Shown here: positions 24,728-37,479 of the stretch, piece by piece
How positions within the stretch are numbered: the stretch's first letter is position 1
How the letters are laid out: each line of letters starts with the position of its first letter
NCBI RefSeq assembly: GCF_044704955.1
Contig: NC_091999.1
Location: 61,628,001-61,692,000, forward strand
Origin: Pristiophorus japonicus
Taxonomy: Eukaryota
DNA length: 64,000 bases
Reading direction: 5' to 3'
Position numbers and translations under genes: made by a program
The notes under the pieces: model-generated
Told to the model about the DNA's origin: nothing
The model's database searches: none
The model's input: only the letters and a program-made list of their open reading frames with translations

Positions 24728-24974
24728 AGCTTTGGTTCAGTGGCAGCATTCTCGGCTGAATCAGTAGGTTGTGTGTGTCAGTCCTACTCTTGAGACTTGA
24801 ACATATAATCTTGGCTGACGCTCAAATGCAGTACTTGGGCAATTTTGCATTGTTGAAGCTGTTGACTTTCGGATGAAATGTTAAATTGAAGCTCCGTCTG
24901 CACCCTCGGGTAGATGTGAAAGTTCCCAGAGCATTACTCGAAAAAGAATAGGAGAGTTGCCCCTGTGTCAATAT
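24728..24974 (+). mobile_element. DeuSINE relic upstream of tRNA-Leu
   Basis: Paralogous to 9697-9945. Confidence 0.72.
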
Positions 24975-25072
24975 TACTATAAATGTTTGAAAATGCTCAT
25001 TGAAAACCGATGTCTGTGAGAGTGGAGCTGCAGCCCAGATTCTCACAGAGACAAAATCCGAATACTGACAAA

Positions 25073-25155
25073 ACCAGGATGGCCGAGTAGTTTAGGCGTG
25101 GGGCGTAAAATCCAATGGGTGTATAGCCGCGTGGGTTCGAACCCCACTCCTGGTA
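25073..25155 (+). pseudogene. tRNA-Leu(TAA) pseudogene
   Basis: accaggatggccgagtagtttaggcgtggggcgtaaaatccaatgg...gggttcgaaccccactcctggta; anticodon arm damaged. Confidence 0.85.
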
Positions 25156-25355
25156 AATCTTTAAATTAAATCCGATTTCCTCCCATCCTGCTCAGTAATA
25201 CGCAAATGTATTCTGTTGAATCTGTTCATGTCGATAACTTTACAACATTCTCAACTGACAAAGAAATGGGATTATGCAATGTTTCTGTGCCTCTCACTCT
25301 CTGTCTTAAGAGAGCTCTTAATGTGTTTGTGTTTGAGTCTGACTCACTCTGTCTG

Positions 25356-28300
25356 AGGAATTACGAGCTGAATTTAGGGATCCTGGAGCTACGTTAACAA
25401 ATAGAACATCAAAGGTAGCAATTTCAGGATAGCTACCACTGACACCTGCTAGTCAGAGTAGGAATCGCAGGATAGCTCAGATGAATGTGTGGTGCAGAAT
25501 GGAGGGATTCAATTTCCTGGGAAATTGGAACTGGTTCAGGGGGAGCTGGGACCAGTGCAAACCAGACGCTCTGCACCTGGACAGAACCAATGTCCACGGG
25601 GGAGAGTTTGCTCGTGTTGTTAGGGAGGGGTTAAACTAATATGGCAGTGGGATGGGAACCTATGCAGTGAGACAGAGGGAAGTAAAATGGGGGCTGAAAA
25701 GTAAAGGTGGAGGGCAGAGAAACCCAAGGCAAAAATCAAAAAGGGCCACATTGCAGCCAAATTATAAAGGGACAAGGTGTGTTAAGATAACAAGCCTGAA
25801 GGCACTGTGCCTCAATGCGAGGAGTATTCGTAATAAGGTGGACAAATTAACTGCACAGGCAGCAATGAATGAATATGAAGTAATTGGCATCACAGAGAAA
25901 TGGCTCCAGGGTGACGAAGGCTGGGAACGCAACATCCAGGGATATTCACCAATCAGGAAGGATAGACAGAAAGGAAAAGGAGGTGGGGTGGCATAGCTGG
26001 TTGAAGAGGAAATTAACCCAATAGTAAGGAAGGACATTCGCGTGGATTCTGTGTGGGTGGAGCTGCGGAATATCAAAGGGAAGAAAACGCTAGTGGGAGT
26101 TGTGTATCACCAAACAATAGTAGTGAGTTTGGGGACAGCATCAAACAAGAAAGCAGGGATGTGTGCAATATAGCTACAGAAGTTATCATGGGCGACTTTA
26201 ATCTACATATAGATTGGACTAACCAAACTGGTAGCAATACGGTGGAGGAGGATTTGCTGGAGTGTATTCGGGATAGTTTACTTGACCAATATGTCGAGGA
26301 ACCATCTAGAGGGCTGGCCATCCTAGACTGGTTGACGTGTAATGAGAAAGGACTAATTAGCAATCTTGTTGTGTGAGGCCCCTTGGGGAAGAGTAACCAT
26401 AATAAGGTAGAAATATTTGTTAAGGTGGAGAGTGAAACAATTAATTCTGAGACTGGGGTCCTGAACTTAAGGAAAGGTAACTTCGATGGTATGAGACATG
26501 AATTGGCTAGAATAGACTGGGAAATGATACTTAAAGGGTTGATGGCAGATAGGCAATGGAAAACATTTAAAATCACATGGAGGAACTTCAACAATTGGAC
26601 ATCCCTGTCTGGAGTAAAAAAATAAAACGGGAAAGGTGGCTCAACCGTGGTTAACAAGGGAAATTAAGGATAGTGTTAAATCCAAGGAAGAGGCATATAA
26701 ATTGGTCAGAAAAAGCATCAACCTGAGGACGGGGAGAAATTTAGATTTCAGCAGAGGAGGACAAAGGGTTTAATTCGGAGGAGGAAAATAGAGTATGAGA
26801 GGAAGCTTGCTGGGAACATAAAACCTTCTATAGATATGTGAAGAGAAAAAGATTAGTGAAGGCAAACGTAGGTCCCTTGCAGTCAGATTCAGGTGAATTT
26901 ATAATGGGGAACAAAGAAATGGTAGACCAGTTGAACAAATACATTGGCTCTGCATTCACGAAGGAAGACACGCATAACCTTCTGGAAATAGTACGTGGCC
27001 GAGGGGCTAGTGAGAAGCAGGAACTGAAGGAAATCCTTATTTGTGGGAAATTTTGTTCGGAAAATTGATGGGACTAAAGGCCGATACATCCCCGGGGCCT
27101 GATGGTCTGCATCCCAGAATACTTAAGGAATTGGCCCTAGAAATAGTGGATGCATTGGTGATCATTTTCTAACAGTCCATCAACTCTCGATCAGTTCGTA
27201 TGGACTGGAGGGTAGCGAAAGTAACACTATATTTTGAAAAAGAAGGGAGAGAGAAAACAGGTAATTACAGACCAGTTAGCCTGACATCAGTGGTGGAGAA
27301 AATGTTGTAATCAATTATTAAAGATGAAATTGCAGCACATTTGGAAAGCACTATCAGGATCAGTCCAAATCAGCATGAATTTATGAAAGGGAAATAATGC
27401 TTGCCAAATCTTTTAGAATTTTCTGAGGATGTAACGAGTAGAGCGGACAATGGAGAACCAGTGGATGTGGTGTAGTGGGACTTACAAAAGACTTTTGACA
27501 AGGTCCCACACAAGAGGTTGGTGTGCAAAATTAAAGCACATGGCATTGGAGGTAATGTATTGATGTGGATAGAGAACTGGCTGACAGAGTCGGGATAAAC
27601 AGGTTCTTTTCGCAATGGCGGGCAATGATTAGTTGGGTGCCGCATGGCTTAGTGCTGGGTCCCCAGCATTTTACAATGTACATCAATGACTTAGATGAAG
27701 GAATTGTGTCTAATATCTCCAATTTTGCAGATGACATGATGCTGGATGGCGTTGTGATATGTGAGGAGGATGCTAAGAGGCTGCAGGGTGACTTGGACAG
27801 GTTAGGTGAGTGGGCAATTGCGTGGCAGATGTCGTGTAATAACGATAAATGTGAGGTTATGCATTTTCGTGGCAAAAACACGAAGGCAGAATGTTATCTG
27901 AATGGCGGATGATTCGGCAAAGGGGAAGTGCAACGATTCCGGGTGTCATGGTACATCAATCATTGAAGGTTGGCATGCAGGTGCAGCAGACAGAAAGAAG
28001 GCAAATAGCATGTTGGCCCCATATCTTGGGGATTTGAATATAGCAGCAGAGCGGTGTTGTTGCAGCTGTACAGGGCCTAGGTGAGGCCTCACCTGGAATA
28101 ATGTATTCAGTTTTGTTCTAATCTGAGGAAGGACGTTCTTACTATTCAGGGAGTGCAGCGAAGGTTCACCAGACTGATTTCCGGGATGGCAGGACTGACA
28201 TCAGAGGAGAGATAGGATCGACTGGGTCTGTATTCACTGGAGTTTAGACGATTGAGAGGGGACCTCAGAAACATATAAAATTCTGATGGGACTGGACAAG

Positions 28301-28657
28301 TTCGATGCAGGAAGAATGTTCCCGATTTTGGGGGAGTTCAGATCCAGTGGTCACAGTCTAAGGACAAGGAATAAGCCATTTAGGACCGAGATGAGGAGAA
28401 ACTTCTTCACTCAGAGAGTTGTTAACCTGTGGAATTCTCTTCTGCAGAACGTTATTGATGCCAGTTCATCAGATATATTCAAGAGGGAGTTGGATATGGC
28501 CCTTAAGGTAAAGGGATCAAGGGATATGGAGCGAAAGCAGGAAAGGGGTACTGAGTTGAATGATCAACCATGATCTTATTGAATGTTGGTGCAGGCTCGA
28601 AGGGGCGAATGGTCTATTCCTGCAACCGTTTTCTATGTTTCTATGTTTCTATGTTTC
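25356..28657 (+). mobile_element. CR1 LINE, degenerate (end of ORF1 plus the full ORF2 span)
   Basis: Esterase C-terminal remnant (PDALHL), ORF1 end gttaaactaa at 25630, CLNARSIRNK...RT pieces, (ctatgttt)x3 tail. Confidence 0.93.
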
Positions 28658-31600
28658 AGGGTGCATGCATCTAATGGCCCAGTGTGCTGTGCCATTTCTT
28701 TCAACTGGGTGCTATTTATTGTACCTGTAACTCGCCCGGTTTGTATCTGATCCATATCGTGTCTCACCTGACCAATCATCCATCTCCCATCAGCATGACA
28801 TGTGTCTCTTTTCCTGTCCTCGGCATCGTCCTCTCAATTCCTGCTTATTTTGCTCGTTAATTTTTCGTGCATGGCCTTCCAATACGGCTACACGCTCTAG
28901 CTTTTTTTGGGATGTTTTAGATCCTAACTCAGAAGATTCTATCCCAATCCTGGCCTGTTTCCTGATTAGTAACTCCGTTGTTCCCCTCAAATATTCTACA
29001 CCTGCCTGGATCGCCTGTATATCTGGTGCAACTACTAGAGATGTCCCTTTAAAGTTAATACGTCATTCGCTATATATCTCCTCTGTCTTCCTTCTTTGTG
29101 TCTCAGCTTCTTGTGTTATTCCCTTGCTCCTGATGTGTCGCTAGATAATCTCAGGATTGTGTCTAGCAATCGTATTTACAAAGCTTTAGTCTTGTGGTTA
29201 TTTTTTTCTGGCTGATTAATTTATGCTCACAGGTAACATTTCATGCTACACATTGCCAAATATCAACATTACTTCTGTTCCAGGTTTAACTATTTCCCAA
29301 GGTTAATTCCCCTGGTTTACAATATTCAGGTAACATTTTTTACACACTTATCTTATGGCTTCAAGACAAACGCTCCCGACACTTAGATGCCGCCCCCTAG
29401 AGGCTGCTTTATGTAGTTGTTGTACCCTCCGCTGTGGTTAAATGCTTCTGGGCCCCCTCGGGGCGGCCTTCTAGCTTTTCCTTGTAGAATCGGAAGGACG
29501 GTGATGATCACGTTTATATTCTGGTGATAAAGCACATCCTGGATATTCCAGGTTTTAGTTAGAGTCTTACCATTTCCATTTTAACCGGATTTCCCTTTCA
29601 CTAGCCACTGTATTGGTTCTGCAATTGCTGTGGTTAGGCACAAAATTCCTACAATAGCTAAAGAACCCCAGTACCTTACAAACCCCTCAGACTGGTTTTG
29701 GTCGGGGCATAATCCTAATGCCCTCCTTCCCGATATTGGACATGGTCCGATTTCCTTGGGATATTTCGTGTCCCAGGTACTGTACCACAAATTGTCCGAT
29801 TTGTGCCTTTTTGGGATTTAGTTTACATCCTGCTTTCCATTATCTCAAATGTATTTTTCATTACTAGAACAGAGTCTAGCACGTAGGCTTTGATAACTGC
29901 TTTCTGTTGTCTCAAATGTTCCAGTTTCAAAGCCTTTACGTCTCAGTTTCTATGGTTCTTCAACCACCGTATCTGAAGTCACAAGTTCAACTTATATTTT
30001 CCTTTGTTCTAAACTGCTAAAGCCTGCCATTTTAATATTTAATTTTTTTCAAAATTCCTTTTGCAATTTCGCAGATAGCTCCCCACTTGCCCAGGAGTTT
30101 GACCTGATCCCTGAAGGTATTTCTACATTGTTTCCAAACATTATATTTTTATTTCTTTTTTTTAAGAGATCAGATTTAACTTTTTAATTTAAATGTATCT
30201 AATTTTGTTGCGTATTTTCTTAAATAGTTGTACTTGAAATCTTCACAACAAAATTAACTCTTCACTGCTTCCATCCTAATTTCTGCTCCCTTTGTGTAGT
30301 ATTTGTATTTATTGTTGGATTATGAAATGTCAAATATGATAATACTGTTTTTTAATCGGACTTATCATTTATGCTTATAGTGATTCACAGATCACAGAAT
30401 GCAAATTACTTGTTTTATAATTATGTGCCTCACTTCTGCTTTAGAAGCTGAACATCAAAAACTCGAATCTTTTGCGCTGTAACTGCAATTTTGTGATACA
30501 GTATCTCATAAATGTAATCATTTAAAGCTTCAGCTTCTGACGCAGTATGTTTACTTTTATTAAAAGTCTTCCAAACCCAAGATTTTCCAATACAACCAAA
30601 ATGTTTATCAAGGAGAATCACCACAAATATCTCAAAATCCCAATTCAAATATGCCAATCTTTTATTTAAAAATATTTTTACTGAGCTCGAAGCTTTCGCA
30701 TCAAGATTTTACACAAAGAAATATGGGGGCGTACTTCCCAAGACCGCAGCCTTGAGTCACCCACGCAGGATAATTTTTTTAAGGCATTACAATTTCCCTT
30801 CTCCGTTCTTTATCTCATTCCTAGACTAAATGTATAGTCTTTCAAACAAATGTAATCAATGATTACATGTTTTCTTTTGACAAGTGAGCGTGTCGAAATG
30901 TTTTTTTTAAACCATCGGGACCACACATTTTTTATCTTTTGCTCAACAAACCTATCCTTTGTGCATTTCCTAGCTCCATAACATATCATCTGAATAAATC
31001 CACACATGGGTTTCTAAATTAAAATGTAATTCAAATCTAGGTTCACACTTTCTTAAAACTTCCTTCATACAGGACAACACTGCAAAGGGTTAAAACAAAT
31101 CACTCTTTCTGAAAAAGTGGGTGGAGCCATAACAACAGACAGCTCTACCACTTTCTGAAGCAGGCTTTCAGACACCTGAAAAATTCATTAATTCCCACCT
31201 CAAATATTTCGCAGCCAAAAATCACACAAGCACTTTCATTCAAAGACAGACATTCACAAAAGTCTCTCTTCATTCAACAAAGCTTATTGTTTGGCCGGCT
31301 CTATTTTTGGATCCATACTTCACTTAAGATAGTCACTAACATTTTGTGTTATGGACTTACGAAAAATATCTACTAAGCGAGCCTTCTGGCCCCCAATCAA
31401 TCGTTTATTTTCCTCAGTCCTAATCATAACCCTGTTAGTGTGGGATACAAGTTTGGGCCAAATTCCTCTGTCCATTCCCTTCTGTCATCTATATCTATTT
31501 TTATACTTACATCCTGTTGTCTTTTGTCACTTTCTCTGTCCATCTCACCTTCGGGTATCTTTCTATTCATCTTTCCGGCTGTTAAAATTATCTTTTTCCC

Positions 31601-32550
31601 TTCATCATATCCTGCCTTAACCATCTCCATGACCTTTTCAGATGTATCTCTCAGAAACTCTTCTGGTAGTTTATACCGAAGCCCTCCAAGTGCCTTGGCA
31701 GATTCCTTTGCCATTTCAGACATTGGGGCTTTTTCCCCAGTTCCTGTTTTACCATCTTTACTTAAGCAGAACTTTTTACACCAATGCTTTTTAACTAGTG
31801 CTGTTTTTCCACCTTTAATTATGCGGAAATATTTACACTGAGGCTTTTTCCCCGATATCCCGTATGCGTACTTATTGTCCCAACACTTACAGTACTTATT
31901 TACATTGTCCTGACGCGCCCCTCAACTGGATTTACTGGCTGCATGGACTCTACCTCAGATTCGTTGGATATCTGGTTACTTTGCGAGGAGAATTTCTCAA
32001 GGTAATTCTATACTCACTCGTTATTCGGTTGGTTTGGCTTTTTGAATCTAATCTGCCCGTCGAGTAGATCCTGTTGACTGCGCCACGTTGTTAGAGTTAA
32101 CTTCAAACCACCACTCGGAGATACAAGCTGGCAGGTGAGCTACCCTTGAAGGAATGCTCAGAGAAACTGCCAGAGACATCTTATTTTTTAAAGTTTCAGA
32201 TTATAGTCTTACTTAATTACGCAAGTTACAATTAATACGTGCTGATTGATTAATACATGATTATCTGGTAGGTTGCTTCCTCCAATCTGGCCTCTGTATG
32301 TTTAATTAGTAATTCAGGATACGTGTTGTTATGATTCTTTTTATTTAACTTGTATCGTATTACAGAATTCAAATTCGATGTTATCTGTGTCTGTGCCCAG
32401 CTCCCAAGGCCTTTGGTCTACGCATTGGAACATCTGACCCTCTGCGGAAGGCATCCCACACATGCTTCCCATTGATTGAAAACCAGGCTGTGGGATACAT
32501 TTTAAAAATCTGCTAACTCCATTTTAAAACATCCCAATTATTATTATTAA
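28658..32550 (-). mobile_element. Degenerate, internally deleted endogenous retrovirus / LTR element (5' LTR, PBS, leader ORF, RT remnant, env-like remnant)
   Basis: LTR end ...CTAACA at 32089 followed by PBS TGGCGCAGTCAACAGGAT. RT remnant at about 29590-29835: KAGCKLNPKKAQIGQFVVQYLGHEISQG...MPRPKPV*GVCKVLGFFSYCRNFVPN/AIAEPIQWLVKG. Coiled-coil, env-like remnant at 28660-29060. The distal LTR boundary is approximate. Confidence 0.75.
32068..32085 (-). promoter_or_regulatory. Primer-binding site complementary to tRNA-Ser
   Basis: Plus strand ATCCTGTTGACTGCGCCA versus tRNA-Ser 3' end ATCCTGCCGACTACG+CCA: 15/18, 3 nt from the LTR CA end. Confidence 0.8.
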
Positions 32551-32579
32551 TTGTAATTACAATTTTTGTTCTGCCCTTT

Positions 32580-34140
32580 CAATCTATTATGGGGTATCTT
32601 ATCGAAGGCTTTTGGAAATCTAGATAAATTACATCTACTACATTACGTTAGTTTACGCTATCTGTTACTTCTTCGAAAGATTCAAAGAATTTGGTCAATT
32701 CAAGACTTTCCCTTTTATAATCCATGCTGACTATTCATTTTTGGTTTCTAGTTGTTCTTCCACCTTCTCCTTTAGTAGGGAATCCATTATTTTTCCTCCC
32801 AACGATGTTAAGTTGACTGTACTATAGTTCCTCAGACACGTTCTACCTCCCTTCTTAAAAATAGGTATTACATTAGGTATCTGCCAATCCTCCGGCACTG
32901 CACTTTATTCTAACAAAGTATTAAATATGTTTATTAATGCCTCTTCTATCTCTTCCCTCGATGTAATTTGTCCGAAGCCGGCATTTTATCCAATTTCGGT
33001 TTGATTAGTTTATATAATATTTTCCCTCTTGTTATTTTAAATGCGTTTATTTCATTTCTAATATCATCCAATGTCATGTCCACCTGTGTTGACTCCCTGA
33101 TAAATACTAATGCAATGTAATTGTTTAATATTTCTTCCTATCTCTGCCTGTGGACAACCTTATGAGCGACGTACCTTGGTATGTATTGTGGATGTCCTCC
33201 ATGCAATCTTTATCCTTATCGTTGGGCAGGAGCAGTATCTCATTCTCAGCCTCTCCTCAGTTATCGCTACACGGCACCCAATCAACCACGGACTTTCCTG
33301 AACCTGCGTTTTTCTGTGGGATGTGACTGTTTTCTGGATTATATCACTTATCCTGTGTGTTTCAGAGTGTGTCGAACTCGCACTCCAGCCCAATTGCGCT
33401 GAGCCAGAGTGAATAAAGCAGAGACATTTCCTGCAGATGTGGGAAAGTGGGACAGATTTGATGTCCACAAACTCATACACACTACAGTCTCGACTCATTG
33501 CCTACCGTGCCATCTTTAGTTATTTTTTTATAAATTTATTTGCTTATTTACACACTGAATTAATTTAATTACTTAGTTTTTATTCAATGGTTATTTATAA
33601 TGATATTAATAAATTAGTAATTATAGTTAAATTATTAATTTAATAAAGTATTGTTATTGCTCCCAGGTCTTAGTGTAGACCAAGCTTCGAGAAAAAAGGT
33701 AATACTCACCAAACGTTCATCGACCGGCTGTAATTTGGCGGCCAAAGCAGCACCTCCTTCAACCACTGTTCCCATTCAAACTCTCACCAAATTCCGTTTA
33801 ATATCACTGTGCAGAACACACTGAGAATCACAAGTCAGTGTTTAGTTTTATATCTTTGGAGCCACACACAAATTACAAGTGCTGTCTCAGCTCCATGCCC
33901 ATTGCTGGCAGTAATTAGCACATATTTCAGACTAACACTTACAGCTGACTGGTGGTTAACTACTACTAACAGGCAGTTTCTGCTAATTTCTGTATTTAAA
34001 GTTCTAAGTTCAATTCAAAACGTTAATCTAAATTTCCCTTCTTACAGCTAATACTCAGCTAGACTCACCACGGACTTACCACCGAATCTCACTTTCCCTA
34101 CGTTCCCATGTTGACCACTCTCTTTGTGCACTCCGTTTAA
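32580..34140 (-). mobile_element. Old CR1 with internal deletion (5' UTR, ORF1 zinc-finger N-terminus, RT fragment)
   Basis: ORF 33160-33498 (..CSVYEFVD..VP.SHICRKCL) resembles the CR1 ORF1 N-terminus; 32580-33130 is degenerate RT (YLDF.KAFDK.PH). Confidence 0.7.
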
Positions 34141-34149
34141 GATCAGGAC

Positions 34150-36000
34150 ATGATGATGGAGTAAACTCTGGCATGGTCTGCTGGGCCGAAAGGGTCGGGG
34201 TGAGGAAGGTCGCTCTGTAAATTTGCAGTCCACAGGCAGACGGGCTGCTAACTTTTGTTTTGTTTGAGTATCTATCTCTCCTCTGTAGCAGGCAAGTATT
34301 ATTGCATCGCCTTTCTTCATTTTATTTTTATTCTGACTATCCCACCATGTCCTCTGTCTGTCGGGTGAGTCTTCTTTCTTTTATTAAGAAATCCAAACTG
34401 ATAATGTCCAGTATAAATAAAACAGCTGTCAATGGAATGGGTTAATTCCACTACAGGTTTGTAAGAAGGTCTGACGTAATTACGTGACTTCGGGTATTCA
34501 TCTGAAAATATTTCCCCAAGTCTTTGTGCTTTCAAAGCTTGATAAAAAATTAGGAATCCGTTAAAATAGCAGATATTATTAGTAAAGTTGTCATAATAAA
34601 ACCTTTTCATCAGGAAAGGCAGCATTTTAGATTAAACTCCAATTTCTCTACACATCCAATTCAAATACTTGCCAACGAGTTTTTCATTGATTTAAAGCGA
34701 GACCACACATTTTTAATAGCTATTCTGTTTACAGAAATCCAATTTCCACGCAATCTATATACATTCCAGCAGTTTGGTTTTTTTACGATCCCGTTCACTG
34801 AGCAAATCTTGTGTTTTATTTCTCTCGGCACTAAATCTAATCTTCGGTGCCGGTCCATCTTTTTTAAGAATTCTGTAACTCCCAGTTTTTTCTTTCTGTG
34901 CTGAGTTCGCCTAGCTTACTACTGTTCCCCCTTTTGAATCGGAACTTAATCATTTTTTGATGACCTTACTCCAGTCCATAGTTAGACATCGTTGTTTCTC
35001 TTTCTCAGCACAAAGCTTTGTCGGGTTTAACTCGTAAGTTTTTATATTTAAACCAATATCTTTTTCACAGCCAATTGAAATCTCATTTCTTCAAATTCGT
35101 TTTTGTAATTTGATGATCTTCCTCCAGTCCATTTTCCTCAACATCTTTGTTTCTCTTTCAAGCTGCTGCAGCTTTCAAGTTCGCATTTGTATCTTTTGGT
35201 AAAAACTAACTGTCCTTTGTAAATTCAATTTGCTTTTCCAACATTTTTCTTTTCTTTTAATAATTTTCCATTTATTTTAGCTTGCATTTTATCCCACTGG
35301 CCAGTTTTCCTAGGATCCTGGGGTCCCACCCCACTTTTTAGCTTGAATTCCTTCTTGCTTACACTACACACGATCAATACCAGCTTCACTGTGTTATTAC
35401 CATGTCACGCTTCAAGTCATACGCCGTATATTTCCTCTAACGATCGCTGGGGTGCACTCTCCCTTTAGTTGTATTCCTTCTTTTTCAGGCAATACACCTA
35501 TCCCACCCTTGGTTTTCAGCCTTCTGTGGTTCGTTATAACTTGTCCTGCAGCTTACCCCTTCGAATTCTTTATACAGATCACCTCCTTCCCCGTCAATGC
35601 TACAGCCATGTTGCTCCTTTCAGAGTACAACACTGCTTATCTGGTGCTATAATATTTCTAATCTAAACATTCTATGATGAAAATATCCACAGCCAGTTGG
35701 GTGCAAACACCAACTGTTGCTCAGTGAAATCTCTCTCTAATGATAACAACCATATTTTCCCCGATATGGAATGAACTAAACATGAACACCTTTCAGAAGC
35801 TGAATTAACCAAGTTCCCTATGCCAAGTCCACTCTCATCTTCCATTCACTTCAACTGAAAGGAAAATGCCAGGTTGTATCAGTCAGGATTTGAAAGATAT
35901 TTACAACAGATGGTAGATATTCTTAGAGTTAGCATCGTTCTCTATTCTGTCTACTCGAGGAGTTTGATAACAGACTTTCTCCTGTGAATGTGGAGCTGGA
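34150..36000 (-). mobile_element. Second degenerate LTR/ERV-like element (LTR end, putative tRNA-Val PBS, lysine-rich gag-like leader)
   Basis: ...GCAACA gt TGGTGTTTGCACCCAACT at 35712-35695 (13/18 to the tRNA-Val PBS TGGTGTTTCCGCCCGGTT). A-rich minus strand with broken ORFs. Shares the peptide IKNVWSR with the first element. Confidence 0.4.
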
Positions 36001-36596
36001 ATATTGGGCAGGGATGTATTTACTTGTTCATCTTGTTGACTCGAAACCGTTGGCAATTATTTGATGTGATCTGTATTCTCTTAAATACATTTCCTGAGTG
36101 GATTCAAATTTAAATTGAACCCAGGTTTGCAGGCGTGATGCTCCATTCACACATCGAAGGTGAGAGAGATGCTGTTGGACAGACACTAAGTCCAGTATCT
36201 GAAAGTGATTCACAGACTGGGTTTTGTGTTCAGTGATCCCAGGCATGTTACCGACACTTTTCCTCAATGCCAAGGCTAGGAGAGGCACTCTGGAAGGGAA
36301 GGGGAACTGGCATTTGTCCACGAGAGTAACCGAAGGTATGAGAACTGAAATAATCCAGAGTTAGAAAGGAGAAAAGGCGCCAAAATGGTGCAGTCAGTAA
36401 CAGGACATCAATTAGTCTCCTCTTATCTTGGAACATTAAATATCGACACACTCTGTTACTGAAACATCAAAATATTATATTCCAGCCCAATTATAGGGTT
36501 ATTATCATCAGAAACTAACTTCAACTGTCGTAATGGACACGATTCAGTCGGGATGTGATTAACAGCTGCAATGATAGCAGAATCCAACCCCTGCAG

Positions 36597-37379
36597 TCAC
36601 TTGTGAACTTGCAGGTGTCTCAGCAGGTGGGATGACACAGTGAATCGCTTCCCACACTCCGAGCAGGTGAACGGCATCTCGCCAGTGTGAACCCGCTGGT
36701 TTGTCAGCAGGTGGGATGACACACTGAATCCCTTCCCACACTCAGAGCAGGTGAATGGCCTCTCCCCAATGTGAACTCGCTAGTGTATCAGCAGGATGGA
36801 TGACTGAGTGAATCCCTTCCCACATTCAAAGCAGGTGAAAGGCCTCTCCCCAGTGTGAACAAGCTGGTGTTTCACCAGGCTGGATGACTGAGTGAATGGC
36901 TTCCCCCACATTGGGCAGGTGAACGGCCTCTCCCCAGTGTGACTGTGTTGATGAACTTGCCGCGCAGACGGGCAGCTGAATCCCTTCCCACAGTCCCCAT
37001 ATTTCCACGGTTTCTCCGTGGTGCGGGTGTGCTTCCGTCTCTCCAGGTTGGACGATCAGTTGAAGCCTCCTCCACACACAACACGTTTACTGTTTCTCCC
37101 CGCTGTGAATGGTGCAATGGTTTTTCAGGCTGTGTAACTGGTTAAAGCTCTTTCCACAATCAGTGCACTGATACACTCTCACTCGGGTGTGTGGGTCTCT
37201 GCTTTTTTAGTCACATTGATGTTTGTAATCTTTACCCACAGACAAAACAAAAAAACATTTCTACTTCCACATTTAAAGGCTGATGATATTCAAGTCCTGA
37301 TGAATCGAGTGACTCTATCTGATCTTGACGTGACGTTTAGTTTGAGTTTCCCTCCTTCAAATCCTCCCCTTCTAACACC
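36597..37379 (-). pseudogene. C2H2 (Kruppel-type, HTGERPFTC linkers) zinc-finger pseudogene 1
   Basis: Acceptor ccttttgcAG at 37380; about 7 fingers ending HK* at 36597; internal stops and frameshifts; the ATG seen in the 56.0 kb paralogue is ACG here. Confidence 0.9.
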
Positions 37380-37479
37380 CTGCAAAAGGAGTTTACAAAA
37401 GTAAGTACAGAATCGAAATTCAGAAGAGACAATTCTAGTTTCTATGGAACATTCTTTCCTTCTGCGGTGTGGTTTTAAG

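Larger units (their letters stand above)
7015..25355 (+). repeat. Tandem array of a tRNA-Leu/Asp/Ser repeat unit (2.3-3.4 kb period, about 6 units)
   Basis: The order DeuSINE relic, Leu(TAA), CT-rich spacer, Asp(GTC), Ser(AGA) recurs with alignable spacers. Leu genes start at 7140, 10060, 13467, 16664, 18935 and 25073. Confidence 0.93.
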
